Assembly (NCBI GenBank): GCA_963843325.1
Contig: CAWJKC010000007.1
Span: 89,601 to 153,600, forward strand
Direction: 5' to 3'
Length of the DNA: 64,000 nt
From: an uncultured Acidobacteriota bacterium
GTDB taxonomy: Bacteria > Acidobacteriota > Thermoanaerobaculia > UBA5066 > Gp7-AA6
Position numbers and translations under genes: made by a program. The stretch's first letter is position 1; each line of letters starts with the position of its first letter. Under the pieces are notes generated by a model that did not search any database, was not told the DNA's origin, and saw nothing but the letters and a program-made list of their open reading frames with translations. This document shows, one piece after another, positions 50,328-61,114 of this stretch.

Positions 50328-53300
50328 GTGCCGAGAGCCGCAGGATCGCCATTCGTCGACGGAGCGGAGATCCTGCTCCGGCGGGCGCTCGTCGTCCTGA
50401 TGCTCGCGATTCCGGCGGTCCGCGGCGCCGGCCGAGCCCGCCCGCGCTCCGGAGCCCGCGTTCCTCGGGCGCTTCACGTTCCGCACGTACGCGCAGGACG
50501 AGGGCATGTCGGACCCCTCGGTCGAGTGCGTCCTGCAGGACCACGTCGGCTTTCTCTGGGCCGGCACCGACGACGGGCTCTTTCGCTTCGACGGCCGCGG
50601 GTTCACCAAGTTCAGCCGCAAGCAGGGCCTGCCCCAGACACGCATCTACCAGCTCTACGAGACCGCCGACGGCCGCCTCTACGCGGCCACGGCCGCGGGA
50701 CTGGCGCGGTTCCAGGGGCACGGCTTCGTCGTCGTCGGGGCTCCGGCCCTCGGCGCGTTTGCGGTCAGCCACCAGGGCATCGCCTCGGACGCCGCGGGGA
50801 CCGTCTACGTCGGCACCGATCGCGGGCTGTTCTCGGGCAAGGACGACCGCTACCAGGAGGACCAGGAAGCCAACGCGGTCGGCGAGGGCGCCGTCGGCGG
50901 CGTCCACGTGGACGCCGCGGGCGCGCTCTATTTCGCGCGCGGCGGTCTGCTCTTCCGCAAGGAGTCCGGACGCGTCGTCGAGTTCGGCCGGCCGCGCGGC
51001 CTCCCGTCGGAGGAGACGGTCGACGAGGTGCGGTCCGACCACGACGGGCGCCTGTGGGTCCGCACCGTCAAGCACCTCTATCTGCTGCCCAAGGGCGGCC
51101 AGAAGTTCGAGCGGGACGACGAGGGCCTGCCCGAGTCGAGCGAAGTGGGCCGGCTCGCGTTCGACGACCGGGGCGCGTCTGCTCGTGCCGACCGTGCAGG
51201 GCCTCGCCTTCAAGCAGGGCGGCGCGTGGCGCCTGATCGGAAGGCGGGAGGGCCTGTCCTCGGACGCCGCGCTCTCGGCGCTCGTGGACCGGGAGGGCTC
51301 GCTCTGGGTCGGGTTGCTCGGCGGCGGGCTCGACCGGCGGCTGGGCCGCGGCGAGTTCACCAACTGGACCCGCTCGGACGGTCTGTCGCAGGAGGTGGTC
51401 TGGGCGATCGTCCGCCAGAAGTCGGCCTCGGGGCCCGGCGCGCTCTGGGTGGGGACCGAGCAGGGACTGAACCGGCTGGATCCGGTCTCGGGCGACATCC
51501 GGCGCTTCGGCGTCGAGGACGGCCTCGGCGGCAACACGGTGGCGACGCTGGCGGCGGGCAGCCGACGGCAGCGTGTGGATCGGCTCCTGGCCGGGCGGCG
51601 TCGCCCGCCTGATGCCGGACGGCAAGCTGCGGCGCTACTCGGCCGAGGACGCGGCGCCCGAACAGTTCCGCGTGGCCGCCATCCACGTGCGCGAGGACGG
51701 TGAAGTCTGGTTCGGAGCCGTGGAGGGCCTCTACCGGCTGCCCGCCGGCTCGAAGGGCACCGTGCTCGAGCACGTCGCGCTCGGCCGCGAGAAGCCGGAC
51801 AACGTGCGCGGGTTCGCCGAGGACCCCGCCGGCACGCTCTACGCGGCGAGCAAGCAGGGGATCCTCCGCCTGACCGGCCCGTCTCCGCGCAGGTTCACGC
51901 GCGAGGACGGCCTGAACGAGGACTACCTGTCCTCCATCGCGTTCGCCTCCGACGGCAGCGCGGTCGTGGCCTACCGCGAGTCGATCGGCGCGGCCCGGGT
52001 GATCATCGAAGGCGATCGGATGACGGTCAAGCCGATGGACGTCACGAGCGGACTGATCTCGAACAAGGTGGTCCTGCTCGGACGCGACGCCGCGGGCGCG
52101 CTGTGGATCGGCACCGGCACCGGGGCCGACGTGTACGCCCCCGACTGGACCCGGTCCGCGCACTACGGCAAGCCCGCGGGGATGGTCAGCGAGGACCTCG
52201 ACCAGAATGCGTTCTATGCCGAAGCCGACGGAACGGTCTGGCTCGGCTCGAGCCGGGGCCTGATCCGCTTCCAGGCCGGCACGACGCCGGCCCCGGAGCC
52301 GCCGCCGCCGATCGTGATCGTCGACGCGCGGGCGGGCGACCGCTCGCTCGACCTCGCGCGCCCGTCGCTGCTCGGCGCCAGCGAGCGCAACTTCAGCGTG
52401 TCGTGGGCGGGGCTGACCTTCATCGAGCCGCGCAAGGTCCGCTACAAGCACCGGATGGTCGGCCTGGTCGACCAGTACACCGAGACCGAGCTGACCGAGG
52501 CGCGATTTCCGGCGCTGCCGAGCGGCACGTACACGTTCGAGGTGCTCTGCATCTCCGCGTCCGGAAAGGTCTCCCGAACGCCGGCCACCGTGCGGCTCGT
52601 GGTGCACGCCGCCTGGTGGGAAACCGTGTGGGCGCGGCTGTTCTGGGTGCTGCTCGCCGCGGCCGCCGTCGATCGCGGTGGTCGGGTGGCGCACCCGCCA
52701 CCTCGAGGCCGAGCGCCGGCGCCTGGAAGAGGCCGTCGCCGCGCGCAGCGCCGAGCTCGCCGCGGCCAACCGGGAGCTGCGCGAGGCCTCGTTCACCGAC
52801 GCCCTGACGGGGGCGCGCAACCGCCGTTTCTTTTCGACGGTCATCGAGGACGACGTCAACCGGACGCTGCGCGTGCACTCGACGCCGGCGCAGAGCCGGC
52901 CCCGCAACTGCGACCTCATCTTCTACATCGTCGACATCGACCACTTCAAGGAGATCAACGACGAGTACGGCCACGACCGCGGCGACGGCGTGCTCGCGGA
53001 GGTGGCCCGCCGGCTGACGCAGGTCGTGCGCGACTCCGACCGCCTGATCCGCTGGGGCGGCGAGGAGTTCCTGCTCATCTCGCGCGACGCGGACCGCTCG
53101 CGCGGCGACGTCCTCGCGGGCCGCGTGATGCAGTCGGTCGGGTCCGAGCCCTTCGACCTCGGCAACGGCCAGAAGGTCCGGCGCACGTGCTCGGTGGGCT
53201 GGGCGCCGTTTCCCTGGTACCCGGACTCGACGCGGACCTTCGCGTTCACCGAGGTCCTGAAGCTCGCCGACCGGGCGATGTACCTGGCCAAGCAGTCCGG

Positions 53301-53454
53301 CCGCAACAAGTCGGTGGGGGTCCTGCCGGCCGGGCTCTACGCCGAGCAGGGCGGCCGCAACGGCGAGTGGTGGGAGAAGCCCCTGACCGAGTGCGAGGGC
53401 ACCGCCGTGACGCTCGTGCGCTCGGGGGGCCCGGTCGTCGTCTCGGAAGATTGA
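50328..53454 (+). CDS. periplasmic beta-propeller / Y_Y_Y sensor diguanylate cyclase (about 4 frameshifts near 50435, 51178, 51560, 52668)
   Basis: Propeller-type repeats recur (VLQDHVGFLWAGTDDGLFRFDG, LWVGTEQGLNRLD, VWIGSWPGGVARL, LWIGTGTGADVY). An Ig-like Y_Y_Y part follows (VRYKHRMVGLVDQY...GTYTFEV), then a TM helix, a coiled coil and GGDEF (DALTGARNRRFF, DIDHFKEINDEYGHDRGD, RWGGEEFLLIS). The GTG start at 50328 is tentative. Confidence 0.75.
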
Positions 53455-53509
53455 TTTCCGGCAAAACCTTCGGTCCCGACCCGGCGTCTAAGGGTGTGGG
53501 AGGAAGGCA

Positions 53510-54425
53510 ATGACCACTTCACGCGGATTCCAGGCGCTCTCTCTGGCGGCGGCCCTGTTGCTCGGCCCCGCCGTCGCGCGGGCCGGCCACCACGGCGTCA
53601 ACGTGTCGATCGACGACGGCGACAACGCGGTCCGGTGCGACGACATCCGGATCGAGATCGGAAACCGTCCGGCCGCGCGTGCCGAGGCGCGCACGGTGAT
53701 CGCGGTCCCGGCGGGCGGCAAGGCGCTCGACGTGCGCGCGGCGCAGAGCTCGGGAGTGCGCGTGTACGGCACGGACCGCGCCGACTTCGAAGTGCTCCTC
53801 TGCAAGGCGGCCCCGGCGGGCGGCGACCTCGACGCGATCGGGCTGACGCCACGACGGCGGCAGCGTCTCGGTCCGCGGCCCCGCGGAAGGGACCTGGGTC
53901 GGCTACCTGCTCATCGCGGCGCCGCGCGGCGCCGCCGTCAGCGTCCACAGCGAGAACGGACCGGTCTCGCTTTCCGCGCTCCAGGGCCGCGTGCAGGCGA
54001 ACTCCCAGAACGGGCCGGTCTCCCTCGACGCGTGCACGGGCGACGTCGACGTCCAGGCGCAGAACGGGCCGATCCAGGTCCGCGGCGACGAAGGCCGGCT
54101 GCACGTGCGCACGCAGAACGGGCCGATCGGCGTCTCGCTGTCGGCCGCCGGCTGGAAATCCGGAACGCTCGACGCGAGCGCCGTGAACGGCCCCGTGAGC
54201 CTGGCCGTGGCGGCCGGGTACCGCTCGGGAACGGTCGTCGAGTCGCTCGGCCACTCGCCCGTGCAGTGCCGCGGCGAGGTGTGCGCGGATGCCCGGCGCA
54301 CCTGGAACGACGACGGCAAGCGGATCGAGATCGGCGATGCCCCGGTCGTCGTGCGGCTCTCGACCCGCAACGGGCCGGTCACCGTGAAGACGGGAGCCGA
54401 CGCGGACGACGAGGACGACGAGTAG
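53510..54425 (+). CDS. secreted DUF4097-like (putative adhesin, beta-helical NGP[VI] repeats) protein (frameshifted near 53850)
   Basis: Signal peptide ALSLAAALLLGPAVARA. The motif recurs as SENGPVSLS, SQNGPVSLD, AQNGPIQVR, TQNGPIGVS, AVNGPVSLA and TRNGPVTVK. The tail is acidic. Confidence 0.65.
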
Positions 54426-54427
54426 CC

Positions 54428-54929
54428 CTAGGGCTTCTTGCCGGCTTCTTCGAGGAACCGCATCATCGCGTCCTTGCCGCGGTAGCCGTCGGTCTTCGCG
54501 ATGAGGCGACCGTCGGCGTCCGCGGCGACGATCGTCGGAAATCCGATGATCTCGAAGCGGCGCTGGAGCTCCGAGATGTCGTCGGGGTTGCTGCCGTCCT
54601 CGCGCGCCCGGTCCACGATGCGCGTGGGGATGAAGGCGTCGTTGACCTGGTCGGCCAGCGCCGGATCTTCCCAGTCGCGGTCGACCAGCTTGCACGGGGC
54701 GCACCACGCCGCGGTGAAGTCGTAGAGGATCGGCTTGCCCGATGCCCTGGCCAGCGCGGCCGCCTTTTCGCGCGGCTGCCAGCGGACCAGGCCGACGCCG
54801 TCGGCGGGGCGCCTGATCCAGGATGCCCGTCACGACGCGCAGGACGAGCGCGGCGAGCAGAACCCAGAGCAGAGCGGGAGGCAGGCGCGACTGGGACTGC
54901 GCGACGGGGAGGGCCTCAGTCCTGTCCAT
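54428..54929 (-). CDS. membrane-anchored thioredoxin-fold protein (WCAPC active site; frameshifted near 54815)
   Basis: ATG at 54929. The N-terminal TM helix (LLWVLLAALVLRVVTG) is in one frame. My reading of the next frame gives KPILYDFTAAWCAPCKLVDRDW..., continuing into ORF 54428..54616 (ELQRRFEIIGFPTIVAADADGRLI). Confidence 0.7.
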
Positions 54930-55613
54930 ACGCAAACTCCTTGCGGGAGAGGACGACGGCCGCCAGGACGAAGCAGAGCGTGACGGCGAGGACCCATCGG
55001 CCCAGGGCTTCCGCCGGAAAGCCGTGCCCGGCGAGCGCCGCCTCCCAGCGGACTTCCGGAAGCAGATTCTCCTGGGCGATCGCGCGCCGCCTTCGCCAGG
55101 CTCGTCTTTCCGAGGCGGTCGCGAAGGCTGGCGGCCGTGGAGAAGGCGATGAAGAGAAACAGGTAGCCGAGCGCGTCGCCGAAGGCGGGAAGCAACGTGG
55201 AGAACAGGAGCAGCAGCACGGCGACCTGGAGCCCGTCGAGCAGCGCGCCGAGCAGCAGGCGCGGCAGGGTCCACGAGCGGAGCAGCCTCCGTGCCGCCGT
55301 AGCGGAACGCGAGGACGACGGCAAAGACGGTCGCCGCCGCGAGAAAGATCGCCCAGGCGGCCATGATGCCGAGCAGGCGCCCTCCGAGGTACTCGGTGCG
55401 CGAGATGGGTCGCGCCAGGATCATCTGGAGCGCGCCGCTCGACGCGTCCCGCGAGACGGCGCCCGAGGCGATCAGCAGGAGCGCGACGAGGCGCGCGGGC
55501 CCGCCCGAGAGCGCCGGCGGCGCCGCGACGAGCAGGGCCAGCACGGCGAGCGTGACCGTCACGAGCGGGCTCTCGAACTTCTGGCGGAGAAAGCGCTGCG
55601 CCATCGCGATCAT
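54916..55613 (-). CDS. ABC-2-type transporter permease (frameshifted near 55290 and 55085)
   Basis: ATG at 55613 overlaps the ATPase stop. Hydrophobic segments are spread over three frames (LVTVTLAVLALLVAAP; LLLGALLDGLQVAVLLLLFSTLLPAFGDALGYLFLFIAF; RWVLAVTLCFVLAAVVLS). The stop at 54916 overlaps the thioredoxin-like start by 14 nt. Confidence 0.6.
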
Positions 55614-56524
55614 GCCGGGGGCGCCTCGCGGAAGAGCTCCTCGAGCTCGGCCGAGGACCGGACCTCGAGGACCGCGACGTCGGCCAGCGCGAGCGCCTTC
55701 ACCGCGGCGGCGACGTCCGCCTCGGATGCCGCCGGCGAGCCGCAGCGCCCCTTCGGGGCCGGGCTCGGCACGCGATGCCGGCCGCGGCCAGCGCCGCGCG
55801 CGCCGCCTCCACGCGGTCGGCGGGAACGCGGACGACGGCGCGCCGCCGCGAGGCGGCCTCGCCGGTGAGGGTCTCCGTGCGCGTCAGGCGGCCGTGGTCG
55901 ATGAAGACGACCCGGTCGCAGACGCGCTCGACCTCGCTCAGCTGGTGCGAGTTCAGGACGATCGTCGCGCCGCGCGCCTTGGCCGCCAGGATCTGCTCGC
56001 GCACGATGGCGACGCCGAGGGGATCGGTGCCGGACGCGGGCTCGTCGAGAAAGAGCAGCGCGGGATCGCGCAGCGTCGCCTGCGCCATGCCGATGCGCTG
56101 CAGCATGCCCCGCGAATAGGTCCGCAGCTTCTTGCCGAGCGCGGAGCGGTCGAGGCCGACGCGGTCGGCCGCGGCCGGGATCTCGGAGCGGGCGTGCGCC
56201 GGGTCGCCGCCGCAGAGGCGCCAGTGCACGGCGAGGAAGGCCGCGCCCGAGAGGTCCCGGTCGAAGCCGAGCCGCTCGGGCATGTATCCGGTGCGGGCGC
56301 GGACCCAGAGGTCGTCGACCGGGCGTCCTTCGATGGCGAGGCGCCCGGAGTCGGGCCGCAGAAACCCGAGCAGGCAGGAGAGCAGCGTCGTCTTGCCGGC
56401 GCCGTTGGGACCGATCAGGCCGAGCGTTTCGCCGCGGCGCACCTCGAGCGACACGCCGTCGAGCGCGCGGGTCTGTCCGGCCGAACCGGCCGTAGGTCTT
56501 CGTCACGGCTTCGACGGAGATCAC
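55610..56524 (-). CDS. ABC transporter ATP-binding protein (frameshifted near 56480 and 55770)
   Basis: The core is in ORF 55699..56454 (GLIGPNGAGKTTLL, YSRGMLQRIGMAQA, LLFLDEPASGTDP, NSHQL). The N-terminal VISVEAVTKTYG and the C-terminal ...VLEVRSSAELEELFREAPPA lie in the 55610..56584 frame. The GTG start at 56524 is tentative. Confidence 0.8.
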   Translation of the reverse strand: MISVEAVTKTYGRFGRTDPRARRRVARGAPRRNARPDRSQRRRQDDAALLPARVSAARLRAPRHRRTPGRRPLGPRPHRIHARAARLRPGPLGRGLPRRALAPLRRRPGARPLRDPGRGRPRRPRPLRARQEAADLFAGHAAAHRHGAGDAARSRAALSRRARVRHRSPRRRHRARADPGGQGARRDDRPELAPAERGRARLRPGRLHRPRPPDAHGDPHRRGRLAAARRRPRSRRPRGGGARGAGRGRHRVPSPAPKGRCGSPAASEADVAAAVKALALADVAVLEVRSSAELEELFREAPPA

Positions 56525-56597
56525 GGCGCGGGATGATACCGGTCCGGATTCGGGAATATGGTCTATTCTTCGGCGCGTTTCCAAGCGCGGTTTTCCG

Positions 56598-57566
56598 ATG
56601 ATCGAAGTTCAGGGCCTCTCCAAGCGGTATCCCACGCGCCTCGCCGTGGACGACGTCACGTTCTCGGTCAAGCAGGGCGAGATCGTGGGGTTCCTCGGAC
56701 CCAACGGCGCGGGCAAGACGACGACGATGCGCGTGATCACGGGTTTCCTGCCGCCGACGTCCGGATCGGCGCGGGTCGCGGGACACGACGTCGTGGCGGC
56801 AGTCGGCGAAGGCGCGGGCCGCGATCGGATACCTGCCCGAGTCCGCGGCCACCTACCTCGAGATGCGGGTCGCGCGAGTACGTGTCGTTCCGCGCGCGCC
56901 TCGAAGGCGTCCCGGGCCGGGCCGTGCGCGGACGCGTCGCCGAGGCGCTGGACCAGTGCCTGCTCGGCGAGGTCGCCGGCCGGAAGATCGAGAGCCTGTC
57001 CAAGGGGTTCCGGCAGCGCACGGCGCTGGCCGGGGCGCTCGTCCACCAGCCGCCGGTGCTCGTGCTCGACGAGCCGACGATCGGCCTGGACCCGGTGCAG
57101 ATCATCAAGATCCGCGAGACGATCCGCCTGCTCGGCCGCGATCGCGCCGTGCTGCTCTCGACGCACATCCTGCCGGAGGTCGAGTCGGTGTGCGACCGCG
57201 TGCTGATCATCGACCGCGGCCGCATCGTGGCCGAGGGCACGCCCGCGGAGCTGCGGGCGAAGCTGGCGGGGACGCCGACCCTGCGCACCGCGTGGAAGGG
57301 CAGCGTGGCGGTGCACGACGGGCTCGCGAAGCTGCCGGGCGTTTCCGCGGTGGAGGTCGAGGAGTCCGCGGGAGAGACGCGGGCGCGCATCCTCTGCCTG
57401 CCGGGCGCGGATCCGCGCGAGGACGTCTTCCGTCTCGCCGTCGAGAACGGCTGGGTCCTGCGCGAGCTCACCCGCGAGGCGCTCACGCTCGAGGACGTCT
57501 TCGTCCGGCTGACGCGCCACGACGAAGGCGCCGCCGCGCCGCGCCGCGCCGGGGGAGACCGCGTGA
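56598..57566 (+). CDS. ABC transporter ATP-binding protein, GldA-like (frameshifted near 56795 and 56875; 3' end uncertain)
   Basis: MIEVQGLSKRYPTRLAVDDVTFSVKQGEIVGFLGPNGAGKTTTMR, then IGYLPESAATYLEM in a second frame. [27 protein letters not shown] and STHILPEVE follow in ORF 56558..58300. Confidence 0.8.
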
Positions 57567-58300
57567 GAAAGCTCTTCGCGATCGTCGGCCGGGAGTGGCG
57601 GGCGTATTTCCTGTCGCCGCTGGCCTACGTGATCCTGACGGCCTACATGTTCCTGAACGGGATCATCTTCTCGCGCATCGTCGCGTTCCTGTCCTCGCCG
57701 GGAGCTCCGCACGAGCGCTTTCTGGCGCTGATGTTCACCAACACGTACTTCTGGATCTTCACGCTCTTCATCGTCCCGATCCTGACGATGCGGCTGCTCG
57801 CCGAGGAGCGGCGTTCGGGAACGCTCGAGGTGCTGCTCACCTCGCCGGTCTCGGAGACGACGGTGGTCGTGGGCAAGTTCCTCGGCGCCTTCGGGTTCTA
57901 CGTGGTGCTCTGGGCGCCGAGCGCGCTCTTCATCCTCTTTCTGCGCGCGAAGACCTCGGTCGACCTCGGCGCGGCCTGCGCGGGCTACGTCGGCATCGCG
58001 CTGATGGGCGCGTACTTTCTCGCGATCGGCACGTTTGCGTCGTCGCTGACGAAGAACCAGATCCTGGCGGCCATCCTGACGTTCGCCATCCTGATCCCGG
58101 TGTTCTCGGTCGGCCTCTTCGAGTCGGGCGCGGACCCGGCGCGGCAGAGCCTGATCGGCTACCTGAACATCTGGGACCACATGGACGAGTTCGCGCGGGG
58201 CATCGTCGACACGCGCCGCATCGTCTACTACCTCTCGGGCACGGCGTTCTTCCTGCTGCTCGCGGCGACGATCCTCGCGTCGAAGAAGGAGACGCCGTGA
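57563..58300 (+). CDS. ABC-2 permease, GldF-like
   Basis: GTG at 57563 (VRKLFAIVGREWRAYFLSPLAYVILTAYMFLNG...) with six hydrophobic segments and EERRSGTLEVLLTSP. As assembled it is in the same frame as the preceding ATPase. A GTGA junction suggests separate, coupled genes. Confidence 0.75.
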   Translation: MRKLFAIVGREWRAYFLSPLAYVILTAYMFLNGIIFSRIVAFLSSPGAPHERFLALMFTNTYFWIFTLFIVPILTMRLLAEERRSGTLEVLLTSPVSETTVVVGKFLGAFGFYVVLWAPSALFILFLRAKTSVDLGAACAGYVGIALMGAYFLAIGTFASSLTKNQILAAILTFAILIPVFSVGLFESGADPARQSLIGYLNIWDHMDEFARGIVDTRRIVYYLSGTAFFLLLAATILASKKETP

Positions 58301-59755
58301 GCGCCCGCTCCGCGCGCCTCTCGTCCTCGACGGTCGGGATCGTCCTCGCGGCCGCGGTCCTGGTGGGCGTGAACTACCTCGCGTCGCGGCACTGGAAGCG
58401 GTTCGACTGGACGGGGGCGCAGGTCTACTCCCTCTCGGAGACGACGAAGAAGACCCTCGACGCGCTGAAGACGCCCGTCCAGGTGACGGTGTTCATGACG
58501 CCGCGCTCGCGCCTGCTCGACCGAGGTCAAGGAGCTCCTGTCGCGGTATCAGGCGAGGAGCCCCAGGATCGAGGTCGAGTACCTCGACCCGGAGCGCAAC
58601 CCGGCGCGCGGCGAGGTGTTCGCCAGGGAGTCCGGAGCCAAGGTCGGCACCGTCGCGTTCCGCTCCGGCGACCGGCGCAAGTACGTCGAGGAGGACAAGC
58701 TCGCCGACTTCGACTACACGGGCGCGGGAATGGGCGGAGCCCCGAGCGTCAAGGCTTTCAAGGGCGAGGAAGCGTTCACCTCCGCCATCCTGTCGGTGAC
58801 GGAGTCGCGGCAGCCGAAGATCGTGTTCTCGAAGGGGCACGACGAGCAGTCGCTCGATTCCGCCGAGCGCGGCCGCGGCTACGCCGAGGTCAAGCAGCTG
58901 CTCGAGCGCGACAACATGACGGTCGCCACGTGGGACTCGCTCGGCAAGGGCGGGCTGCCTGCGGACGCCGACGTCGTCGTCGTGGCGGGGCCGCGCCTGG
59001 CGTTCCTGGCGCCCGAGGCCGAGGCCCTCGAGAAGTATCTCGCCGGAGGAGGGCGCGTGCTCCTCCTGCTCGACCCGGTGCTGCCGGGGCCGGGCGCGCC
59101 GCCGCCCGACCTCGGGTTGAAGGGCCTCCTCGACAAGTACGGCATCCAGGCCACGGACGACATCGTCATCGACCCCGCCAACGCCCTGGCGCAGATGGGC
59201 GCGGAGGTCGTGCTCGCGGATCGGTACGGCAACCATCCGATCGTCCGGTCGATCGCGGCCGCGAAGCTGCCGGTGATCTTCCAGCTCGCCCGCTCGGTCA
59301 CGAAGGCAGAGAAGCCGCCCGAGGGCGTGGCCGAGACGATGCTCGTCGAGACCTCCCCGGATGGCTGGGGCGAGACGAACCTGAAGCAGCTCGACGTCGG
59401 GATCAAGAAGGACCCCGGCGACACGCCCGGGCCCGTATCGCTCGCCGTCGCGATCGGGCCGGCCGACGAGAAGAAGCCCGACCCGAAGGCGCCGCGCGCC
59501 GTGTTCATCGGCAGCTCGCGCTTCGTGACCAACGGGGCGATCTCCAACGGCGCCAACGGCATCTTCTTCGCCAACGCGGTCCACTGGCTGGCGGGCAGCG
59601 AGAAGCAGATCGGCATCCCTCCGAAGAACGTGGCGCAGTCGTCGCTGTCCCTGACCGAGACCCAGGTCATCCGGATCGGCTGGGCGGCCATCGTCGGCCT
59701 TCCCGCCTTCGCCATCCTCGTCGGCATCTGGGTCTGGTACCGGCGCCGGGACTGA
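58297..59755 (+). CDS. GldG-like ABC-transporter auxiliary protein (frameshifted near 58516)
   Basis: GTG at 58297 overlaps the permease stop. It has an N-terminal TM helix and then VYSLSETTKKTLDAL...VQVTVFMTP. ORF 58616..59755 carries VVVVAGPRLAFLAPE, GGRVLLLLDP and a C-terminal TM helix (IVGLPAFAILVGIWVWY). Confidence 0.75.
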
Positions 59756-59760
59756 TCGTC

Positions 59761-61103
59761 ATGTCCGCGAAGAAGCTCCTCGCCCTGACCGCCGTGGTCG
59801 CCGCGCTCTTCGCGTTCATCGTGCTCTTCGAGCGCCGCATGCCGACGACCGAGGAGCGGACCCGCAAGGGCGACCTCTACTGGGACATCCCCGAAGAGCA
59901 GGTGGAGCGCATCGAGCTCGCCCGCGCGGGCGAGGTCCTCGAATTCCAGCGCGCGGGCGAAGCCGGATGGAGGATGGTCCGGCCCGAGAAGTATCCGGCC
60001 GACCCGTTTGCCGTGCGCAACGTGGTGTCGGAGCTCGCCGAGTTGAAGCGCGCCGGAGGCGAGGACGCCAACGACGCGCGGCCCGGCGACTACGGCCTGG
60101 ACAAGCCGGCGGCGAAGGCCACGATCGTCTGGGGCGATCCGGCGGATCCGAAGTCGCGCAAGACGCGGACGCTCGAGTTCGGCGCCGGCGTCCCCGGCAC
60201 CGACGTCGTCGCGGCGCGCGTGGAGGGAACGGAGAAGGTCCTCTTCGTGCCCGCGTCCCTGCTCGCCGCGCTCAGGAAGAACGCGGACGACTTCGAGAGC
60301 CGGAGGTCTTCGACGGGGTCCCGGCCGACATGACGCGCATCGAGATCCTGCGCGGACGGGGCCGGCTCGTCTTCGCCCGCAAGCAGACGGTGTGGTGGCT
60401 GGCGGAGCCGATCTCCGACCTCGCCGATGCGGGGGAGGTCGACCGCCTGGCGGCGTCCCTGCTGGGGCTGCGGGTCAAGGAGTTCCTCCACGGCGCGCAG
60501 GACCTGGCGGCGATCGGCCTGAATCCGGCGCTCTTCCGCGTCTCGATCACGGGCGCGAAGGGCGCGGTCACCGCGGTCGAGTTCGGCGCGACGCGCTCGG
60601 ACGGCAACACGATCTATGCGCGCCGGGACGCGCAGGTCTTCACCCTGGAGCGCGACGTCCTGGAGGATCTTTCGCGGGAGGCGGAGGCCTTCCGCGCCCG
60701 CGCGCTGCTCGGCTTTCGCCGGGGCGACGCGACCGGCGTCGAGGCGGCGTTCGGAACGACCCGTTACGCCCTGGAGCAGAAGGACGGCGGGTGGAGCTCC
60801 AACGGCCGCGCCGTTCTGGCCGCCGCGGCCGACGACGTGCTCGGCACGCTGCTCGACCTGAAGAGCAGCGACTTCGCCGACGAGGCCGCGGTCCAGGCCC
60901 TCGCGCCCGCGACGGGCACCGTCACGGTGCGCATGCGGTCGGGGGACCCGTGGACGCTCGCGCTGCATCCGTCGGCGGCGGGAGTGATCGCGAAGGTCTC
61001 GGGGCGGCCCGGGGGATTCGTCGTCGCGGGCGACACGGCGCAGAGGCTCGAATCCGCGTTCCGGAAGGCCGTCACGGAGCCGACGCCCTCGAAGAAGCCC
61101 TGA
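59761..61103 (+). CDS. DUF4340 domain-containing protein (frameshifted near 60298)
   Basis: It has an N-terminal anchor (LLALTAVVAALFAFIVLF). Repeated modules of the DUF4340 type follow (IELARAGEVLEFQR...GWRMVRP; IEILRGRGRLVFARKQTVWWLAEP). The position after a GldG-like gene is typical. Confidence 0.65.
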
Positions 61104-61114
61104 GGCGGTCGGCC

